41,315 nucleotides of DNA, taken from positions 1-41,315 of IMG/VR virus record IMGVR_UViG_3300027707_000037; one strand, 5' to 3'. This DNA is from a virus (Duplodnaviria; Caudoviricetes). The position numbers and the translations under genes are program-made. Of this stretch, positions 35,339 to 41,315 are shown piece by piece. Numbering within the stretch: position 1 is the first letter of the stretch; each line of letters starts with the position of its first letter. A model generated the notes under the pieces. It made no database searches, had not been told where the DNA came from, and worked only from the letters and a program-made list of their open reading frames with translations.

Positions 35339-37755
35339 CTAATGTAACAATCTTTCAAACTATACGAGACACGGACACTCCGTTCTATCGTCCTGTCAAT
35401 AAGATACTCGAACGTATTAAGGAAGGAGCGACTAAGGAGTTGGTTAAGAAGATAAGGTTAGAGAAGAATAAATCAGAAAGAAACGAACTTAAAAAGCAAT
35501 TACCTGCAATATGCTTTAGCGGTCAGTTTACAAAGAGAGCAGACAATTCATTATCTCAACACTCAGGACTTATATGTTTGGACTTTGACGGATACCAAAA
35601 ACAAAAAGAACTTCTACAAGACAAGGAGACCATATCAAAAAACAAATACGTTTATAGTATATTCATTTCGCCATCAGGCAACGGACTAAAGGTGTTGGTT
35701 AAGATACCTGAGGACGCTGAGAACCATACGAATTATTTTAATAGCCTTGATAAGCATTTTAATTCAGCGTACTTTGATAAGACAAGCAAGAACATTAGTA
35801 GAGTATGCTACGAGTCTTACGACCCACTAATCTTTATAAACGAAAATTCTTCTATTTGGGATACGATTGAGGAGGCAGAGTACACTGAGGTAAGTAAGAA
35901 CAGAGACAAGCCTACAATCCCTATCACAGACGAGAATAAGATAGTGGACATCCTTGTTAAATGGTGGCACAGCAAATACCCAATGACCGAGGGGCAGAGA
36001 AATCATAACGCATACATTCTCGCAATGGCGTTCAATGACTTCGGAGTAAACAAGAGCCTTGCTTCTTATGTTTTAAATCAGTATGCTACAGCAGACTTCT
36101 CAATAAAAGAAATTGCAATCACAATTGATTCAGCGTATAAGAACATAGTAAACTTTGGCACTAAGTATTACGAGGACGAGGAGCGTATCAATCAGATAAA
36201 AGGAAAATTAAGACGAGGAGTTTCAAGGAAAGAAATCAAGATGCAGTTATTGGACAGCAATTTGGACTCAGATACAATCGACTCAGTGCTAAGCAAAGTT
36301 GAGGAGGATAATGCTAAGCAGACATTTTGGGATAAGAATGACAGAGGGGTAATCAGAATAGTACACATTTTATTTAAGCAGTTTCTTGAGGATAATGGCT
36401 TTTACAAATTCTGTCCTGAAGGTAGCAGGAATTATGTTTTTGTAAAGGTTACTAATAACTTAATTGACCATACATCAGAGAAGGAAATCAAAGACTTTAT
36501 TCTTACATATCTTTTAGAGTTGGATGACATTAGTGTTTACAATTACTTTGCTGACAACACAAGATTCTTTAAGGAAGAATTTTTATCAATGCTATCTACT
36601 ATTGATATTTATTTTATCGAAGATAATAAGTACTCAGCATACTTGTACTACCTAAATTGTGCAGTTAAGATTAGTAAGAATGACATTGTACCAATAGATT
36701 ATTTAGACCTTGGAGGATACGTTTGGAAAGACCACGTTATAAATAGGAACTTTAATATCTGTTCGGTTACAGAGAAATGCGACTTTAAGAAATTCATATC
36801 TAACATTAATGGCTCAGATGAGAATAGAGTAAAAGCTATGGAGAGTACATTAGGTTTCTTAATGCACGGATATAAGAACCTATCGTTCTGCCCTGCAGTA
36901 ATACTTAATGATGAGGTTATCAGCGATAATCCTGAGGGTGGTACAGGTAAGGGTCTTTTAATGAATGCCCTTAGCAAGATGAAGAAGTTAGTGGTAATAG
37001 ATGGTAAGTCGTTTATGTTCGAGAGGTCTTTCGCCTATCAGTTGGTATCAGCAGACACTCAGATACTTTGCTTTGATGACGTTAAGAAACATTTTGACTT
37101 CGAGCGTTTGTTCTCAGTTGTTACTGAGGGTCTAACGCTTGAGAAGAAGAATAAGGATGCTATCAAGATACCTTTCTCAAAGTCTCCGAAGATAGCCATC
37201 ACTACGAACTACGCTATCAAGGGTGCAGGTAATTCATTCGCAAGACGTAAGTGGGAATTGGAATTACACCAATACTATAATAAAAACTTTACACCACTTG
37301 ATGAGTTTGGTAAGTTAATGTTTGGAGATTGGAATGATGATGATTGGTGCGAGTTTGATAACTATATGATTTTTTGTTTGAAGAATTATCTGAACACAGG
37401 ATTAGTTAAATCTAAGTTTGTTAACCTTAAGATACGTCAGCTATCAGCAGAGTCTTGCCACGAGTTTATTGAATGGTGTGGATTAGTTGAAGGTCAGGAC
37501 AGAACTAATTCACTTGACACAGGAGTTCGCTTATACAAAAATGAATTGTATTTTAATTTCATTGAGGAATATCCTGACTACTCTCCGAGAGGTAGAATGA
37601 GTATAAGCAGAACAAAATTCTACAAATGGTTAGTATCTTATGCCATATACAAGGAGAATACAATGCCTGAGGAGGGAAGAGACCAAGCAGGACGTTGGAT
37701 AATTATAAAGAAGAAACAAGATTCTGAACATCAAAATCAATTAGATTATGAATAG
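35332..37755 (+). CDS. Primase-helicase (BT4734/VirE-N AEP domain + PriCT + SF3-like helicase)
   Basis: KKQLPAICFSG, SGLICLDFD, FISPSGNGLK, EGQRNH, GGTGKG, CFDDV, ITTNY. Confidence 0.85.
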   Translation: MTSNVTIFQTIRDTDTPFYRPVNKILERIKEGATKELVKKIRLEKNKSERNELKKQLPAICFSGQFTKRADNSLSQHSGLICLDFDGYQKQKELLQDKETISKNKYVYSIFISPSGNGLKVLVKIPEDAENHTNYFNSLDKHFNSAYFDKTSKNISRVCYESYDPLIFINENSSIWDTIEEAEYTEVSKNRDKPTIPITDENKIVDILVKWWHSKYPMTEGQRNHNAYILAMAFNDFGVNKSLASYVLNQYATADFSIKEIAITIDSAYKNIVNFGTKYYEDEERINQIKGKLRRGVSRKEIKMQLLDSNLDSDTIDSVLSKVEEDNAKQTFWDKNDRGVIRIVHILFKQFLEDNGFYKFCPEGSRNYVFVKVTNNLIDHTSEKEIKDFILTYLLELDDISVYNYFADNTRFFKEEFLSMLSTIDIYFIEDNKYSAYLYYLNCAVKISKNDIVPIDYLDLGGYVWKDHVINRNFNICSVTEKCDFKKFISNINGSDENRVKAMESTLGFLMHGYKNLSFCPAVILNDEVISDNPEGGTGKGLLMNALSKMKKLVVIDGKSFMFERSFAYQLVSADTQILCFDDVKKHFDFERLFSVVTEGLTLEKKNKDAIKIPFSKSPKIAITTNYAIKGAGNSFARRKWELELHQYYNKNFTPLDEFGKLMFGDWNDDDWCEFDNYMIFCLKNYLNTGLVKSKFVNLKIRQLSAESCHEFIEWCGLVEGQDRTNSLDTGVRLYKNELYFNFIEEYPDYSPRGRMSISRTKFYKWLVSYAIYKENTMPEEGRDQAGRWIIIKKKQDSEHQNQLDYE

Positions 37756-38083
37756 AGACCAAGCAATACACGTAGGGATGCTTAATTCATTTAATCTAAT
37801 TACAGGTAAAGCTACGTATGATGAAATCATTGATGCAGGAATAGGCGTATTCGCACATCTACCTTACGAAGACATTGAAGCGAGAAACATTGAGTTTATA
37901 ATATCATACTTTCAGCAATACGAAATGTTTGAGTATTGTGCTGAGTTGAAAGAATATATTCAAGAAAACTACAACTATGATGGGTCTCCTAAATTAAATG
38001 ATTGTGAGTGTGACTACCCTGAGATAGACACCTATACCATTCCAATGTATTGTTCTAAATGTATTAAACGATTAAGGGGATGA
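37748..38083 (+). CDS. Hypothetical protein with C-terminal Cys motifs
   Basis: EMFEYCAEL; CEC...CSKC. Confidence 0.6.
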   Translation: MNRDQAIHVGMLNSFNLITGKATYDEIIDAGIGVFAHLPYEDIEARNIEFIISYFQQYEMFEYCAELKEYIQENYNYDGSPKLNDCECDYPEIDTYTIPMYCSKCIKRLRG

Positions 38084-39540
38084 TGGACATATTAACAAGA
38101 ACACTTTCTTACAGCAACTTATCTATGTGGAAGCAATGCGAGTTGCTTAAGGATATTGTTACAAAAACAAAAGAAACAAAAGTAGGCAGAGGTAAGGCTA
38201 TTGAGATAAGTATGGTTCCAAAGTATTACACAGAACCTGAGGTATTAGATAGACTATTTAATAGCTGCGAATACTATAAAAAACTATACGAAAATCAAAT
38301 GGAAAGAAAATTCACATACAGAGATTATCAAGAGCAGATTATTCAGAAAGGAGTTCGGATACTTAGAGAGCATAGGTTCCTATACTTAGCAATGGAAGTG
38401 CGTACAGGCAAGACCCTTACGAGTCTTGGAATTGCTGAGCATATGTACCCTAAGAATGTTTTGTTTATCACAAAAAAGAAAGCAATCAGTTCTATAGAAA
38501 ATGATTATGCAATGATGAATCCCGAATACAAGATGACCGTAATCAATTATGAAAGTCTTCACATTGTAATGGATGACTGCATATGGGATATAATAATTTG
38601 CGATGAGGCTCACTCAATGGGAGCGTTCCCAAAGCCAAGCCAACGTGCAGAGTTAGTTGGTAGCCTTATAAAAAAGATTAAGCCAATGGTTATCTTTCTT
38701 TCAGGGACACCAACACCTGAGTCTTACTCTCAAATGTACCATCAGGTTTATGCAATTGCAGGGAATCCGTTCAAAGAGTTCTCAAACTTTTATCGGTTTG
38801 CAGATAAGTTTGTAAAAGTAAAGCAGAGGAAGATAAATGGGTTATTGATGAATGACTATTCTAATGGCTTAGAATCAATCGTAGAATCTATGAAGCCATA
38901 TACCATCAACTACACACAGAAAGAGGCAGGATTCAACGCAGAGACTACAGAGGAGATACTTGAGGTTGAGTTAAAGGAGTCAACGTACAAGTTAATTGCA
39001 ATGCTTAAGAAAAATTTGGTTGTAGAAGGGAAGAGCGAAACAATCTTAGGAGACACGCCTGTAAAGTTAATGATGAAGATGCACCAACTTTTCTCAGGGA
39101 CAATAAAGTTTGAGAGCGGCAATTCGATGATAGTTGACTTAAGCAAGGCTGAGTTTATAAAAAAACATTTTGAAGGGTGCAAAATTGGAATCTTCTATAA
39201 ATTCAAGGAGGAGTTGAAAGCGTTGAAGGAAGTTTTTGGAGACGACTTAACCACTGAACTATCTGTCTTTGAAGACACAAGTAAGTCCATAGCGTTACAA
39301 ATTGTAACGGGTAGAGAAGGCATCTCTTTGAATAAGGCTGACTACTTAGTTTACTACAACATAGACTTCAGTGCTACAAGTTATTGGCAGAGTAAAGACA
39401 GGATGACTACCAAGGATAGGCTTGAGAACAATGTGTATTGGATATTCAGCAAAGGTGGTATTGAGAAAGACATCTACAAAGCTGTAACAAAAAAGAAAGA
39501 CTATACTATTAACCATTTTAAAAAAGATTTTTATTTATGA
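38080..39540 (+). CDS. SF2 (SNF2-like) helicase
   Basis: RDYQ, MEVRTGKT, ICDEAH, LSGTP, REGISL, QSKDR. Confidence 0.85.
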   Translation: MMDILTRTLSYSNLSMWKQCELLKDIVTKTKETKVGRGKAIEISMVPKYYTEPEVLDRLFNSCEYYKKLYENQMERKFTYRDYQEQIIQKGVRILREHRFLYLAMEVRTGKTLTSLGIAEHMYPKNVLFITKKKAISSIENDYAMMNPEYKMTVINYESLHIVMDDCIWDIIICDEAHSMGAFPKPSQRAELVGSLIKKIKPMVIFLSGTPTPESYSQMYHQVYAIAGNPFKEFSNFYRFADKFVKVKQRKINGLLMNDYSNGLESIVESMKPYTINYTQKEAGFNAETTEEILEVELKESTYKLIAMLKKNLVVEGKSETILGDTPVKLMMKMHQLFSGTIKFESGNSMIVDLSKAEFIKKHFEGCKIGIFYKFKEELKALKEVFGDDLTTELSVFEDTSKSIALQIVTGREGISLNKADYLVYYNIDFSATSYWQSKDRMTTKDRLENNVYWIFSKGGIEKDIYKAVTKKKDYTINHFKKDFYL

Positions 39541-39746
39541 AGCAATCAAAAAAACATTCAGCATTAGAATCAATTACAAATGTTGTAGTTGGGTTGCTAA
39601 TATCAATTATTGCACAGATGATTATTTACCCCATATTAAATATATCTGTCACGTTTAATCAGAATTTAATAATTACCTTTGTTTTTTTTGTATTATCTTT
39701 TGCAAGAGGATATATTATTCGTAGAATTTTTAATAATAAATTATGA
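39537..39746 (+). CDS. Small 2-TM membrane protein
   Basis: QSKKHSALESITNV...SFARGYIIRRIFN. Confidence 0.65.
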   Translation: MKQSKKHSALESITNVVVGLLISIIAQMIIYPILNISVTFNQNLIITFVFFVLSFARGYIIRRIFNNKL

Positions 39747-40021
39747 AAAACAAGTTAGCAGGCAAGCACCCATCTTATGACAAATTAGGAATGTCAGATG
39801 AAAGTAAAAAGAGAAAGTTAGCATACGATACAAAGTATCAAGCTACTGAGAAAAGAAAGAACTATAGAGTTTCACTCAATAAAGCAAACAGAGATGCCGA
39901 CACCTATGGGAACCAAGATAGGTTAGATATGAGCCACACCAAGATTGGGGGCGTGGTAAAGGAGAATATGAAATCAAACAGGGCAAGGAATGGTCACAAT
40001 GGTAAATCAACAAAAAAATAG
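39743..40021 (+). CDS. Basic protein, possible degenerate HNH-like
   Basis: DMSH...SNRARN. Confidence 0.5.
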   Translation: MKNKLAGKHPSYDKLGMSDESKKRKLAYDTKYQATEKRKNYRVSLNKANRDADTYGNQDRLDMSHTKIGGVVKENMKSNRARNGHNGKSTKK

Positions 40022-40023
40022 TT

Positions 40024-40095
40024 ATGAAAAAACTACTATTATGGGCGTTTTGGCTATTAATGAATGTATTATGGTGGATATTTCTATCCATATAA
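40024..40095 (+). CDS. Possible 23-aa hydrophobic peptide
   Basis: MKKLLLWAFWLLMNVLWWIFLSI. Confidence 0.3.
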   Translation: MKKLLLWAFWLLMNVLWWIFLSI

Positions 40096-40170
40096 ATCAC
40101 TGTATTTAAACTACCATCTTAGAAGGAATTAATGGAACATACAAAATTGTTTAATCATTAACCAAATTAA

Positions 40171-40419
40171 ATGCGTGAGCAACAGATACAGACTAAAAAG
40201 ATAAAGGAACTTGAGGCTCAGGGATACTATGTAATAAAGTTGGTAAATACCAATAAGAATGGAATACCTGACCTAATAGCTATACCTCCCAACTCTGATG
40301 TTTTATTTGTTGAAGTCAAAGGACCAAATGGCAAAGTCAGTAAGTTGCAGGAGTTTAGATTAAAAGAATTGGAAAAACACGGAGTAAAAACAGAAATATA
40401 CAAACCTAAATCAAATTAA
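40171..40419 (+). CDS. VRR-NUC domain nuclease (Holliday junction resolvase-like)
   Basis: E..IQ, GIPDLI, FVEVKGPNGKVSKLQ. Confidence 0.85.
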   Translation: MREQQIQTKKIKELEAQGYYVIKLVNTNKNGIPDLIAIPPNSDVLFVEVKGPNGKVSKLQEFRLKELEKHGVKTEIYKPKSN

Positions 40420-40424
40420 ATATA

Positions 40425-40946
40425 ATGGAAACCCAAGAGCAAGAAACGGAAACACTTAAGAATATAATTGATAATGTTTTTAGTATTAACATAATGAAGA
40501 ACAGTAGAACGAGAAACATTGTTGACGCTCGTTTAATTTATGCAAAAATATTACGTGATAGAGGACATACATTTAGTGCAATTGGAAGGTCATTAAAAAA
40601 AGACCACACCACAATACTCTATTACATCAGTCAGATAGACCATTTAATAAAACACGATGTTAGTCTTGCTGAAAAATATATTACGTGTAAAAATATTTTT
40701 TTAAAAGACAAACCTTTTATTTCTGATAAACTTAAAGAAACAGATTTGATTGTAAAAATTGAGAAACTTACAAAAGAAAACGAGACATTAATATTAGAGC
40801 GTAAAAATGTTTCAGATATGATTGATTCATTTAGAAGGATAGAATCAATTATGAAAATAGTTGAACGACAAACAAGGAATGGAGATGAAAAATTAATTGA
40901 GAAAAAAATTATTAAAATGTTTAACGGGCTTTATCAACAAGAATAA
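40425..40946 (+). CDS. DnaA C-terminal-like HTH protein with coiled-coil extension
   Basis: SRTRNIVDARLIYAKIL...IGRSLKKDHTTILY. Confidence 0.75.
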   Translation: METQEQETETLKNIIDNVFSINIMKNSRTRNIVDARLIYAKILRDRGHTFSAIGRSLKKDHTTILYYISQIDHLIKHDVSLAEKYITCKNIFLKDKPFISDKLKETDLIVKIEKLTKENETLILERKNVSDMIDSFRRIESIMKIVERQTRNGDEKLIEKKIIKMFNGLYQQE

Positions 40947-40957
40947 TATGCATAATT

Positions 40958-41185
40958 ATGAAAGAACAAAATCAATTGAAGATTCAATTTGATACCAACA
41001 AAAAACAAGCAGAGCACAATAGGGGGTTCAGAATCTCATTAAGAATGAGAGAGAACCATATGCTGATGGCAAACATATATGAGAACTTGGTTGACAGAGA
41101 TTTTAAATTAGTTGAGCGAGACATCAATATAATTATAATGGACTTAAGATTAATTAAAAAATCAATTGAAGATGACGATTTTTGA
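40958..41185 (+). CDS. Hypothetical protein
   Basis: 75 aa. Confidence 0.55.
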   Translation: MKEQNQLKIQFDTNKKQAEHNRGFRISLRMRENHMLMANIYENLVDRDFKLVERDINIIIMDLRLIKKSIEDDDF

Positions 41186-41315
41186 GACAGAACAAGACTT
41201 AATAAGAGAGAAAAAAGCTATTGAATTGTTTGTAAATATATTCTTGGGGTCGTATAAAAAACTTGACCCGCTTGATATTGACTATAAGATATTTGACAAA
41301 GACGGAAACCTTATT
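41172..41315 (+). CDS. Hypothetical protein, partial (possible PD-(D/E)XK nuclease)
   Basis: MTIFETEQDLIREKKAIELFVNIFLGSYKKLDPLDIDYKIFDKDGNL..., open to the window end. Confidence 0.5.
   Translation, partial: MTIFETEQDLIREKKAIELFVNIFLGSYKKLDPLDIDYKIFDKDGNLI

Noticed and set aside
3872-39278. CRISPR array or REP/MITE explanation for the 16-bp palindrome
   Set aside because: Copies are kilobases apart, with no regular spacers, shared flanks, target duplications or cas/transposase genes.
24921-40100. Minus-strand and out-of-frame ORFs in the right arm (e.g. 28074..28481, 36699..36977, 27658..27942)
   Set aside because: They overlap motif-bearing plus-strand genes.
1-41315. Stop-codon reassignment as in some crAss-like phages
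   Set aside because: Standard-code ORFs are long and tile the window densely; no suppressor tRNA seen.

Overview
A 41.3-kb, AT-rich piece of a tailed dsDNA phage with no integrase or other lysogeny gene in the window, very likely infecting Bacteroidota (Flavobacteria-like): TAnnTTTG/-33 TTTG promoters, A-rich leaders without Shine-Dalgarno, and a BT4734/VirE-N type primase. The left arm (1-24.3 kb, almost all minus strand) has a crAss-like/flavobacterial podovirus morphogenesis module (tail stabilisation, tail tube/adaptor, MCP, scaffold, portal, TerL, TerS), fibre proteins, a holin + M15 endolysin lysis module, a cluster of small basic proteins, and a phage GroEL/GroES pair split by a PRTase-like gene and a GIY-YIG endonuclease. 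The right arm (24.9-41.3 kb, plus strand) has early genes, including an amidoligase and a GATase-II/gamma-glutamylcyclotransferase fusion, then recombination/replication genes (Sak, RecE-like exonuclease, two MTases, SSB, primase-helicase, SF2 helicase, VRR-NUC, two DnaA-C-terminal-domain proteins). The most notable unexplained signals are: a 16-bp palindrome GTGTCTTTAAAGACAC found 8 times, including inside essential genes; two copies of an iteron-like TCGACAT origin-type element; a tRNA-minihelix-like element; paralogous N-terminal motifs in the small basic proteins; and a second, tandem GroES-like protein. All product calls are from motif recognition by eye; no searches were run.
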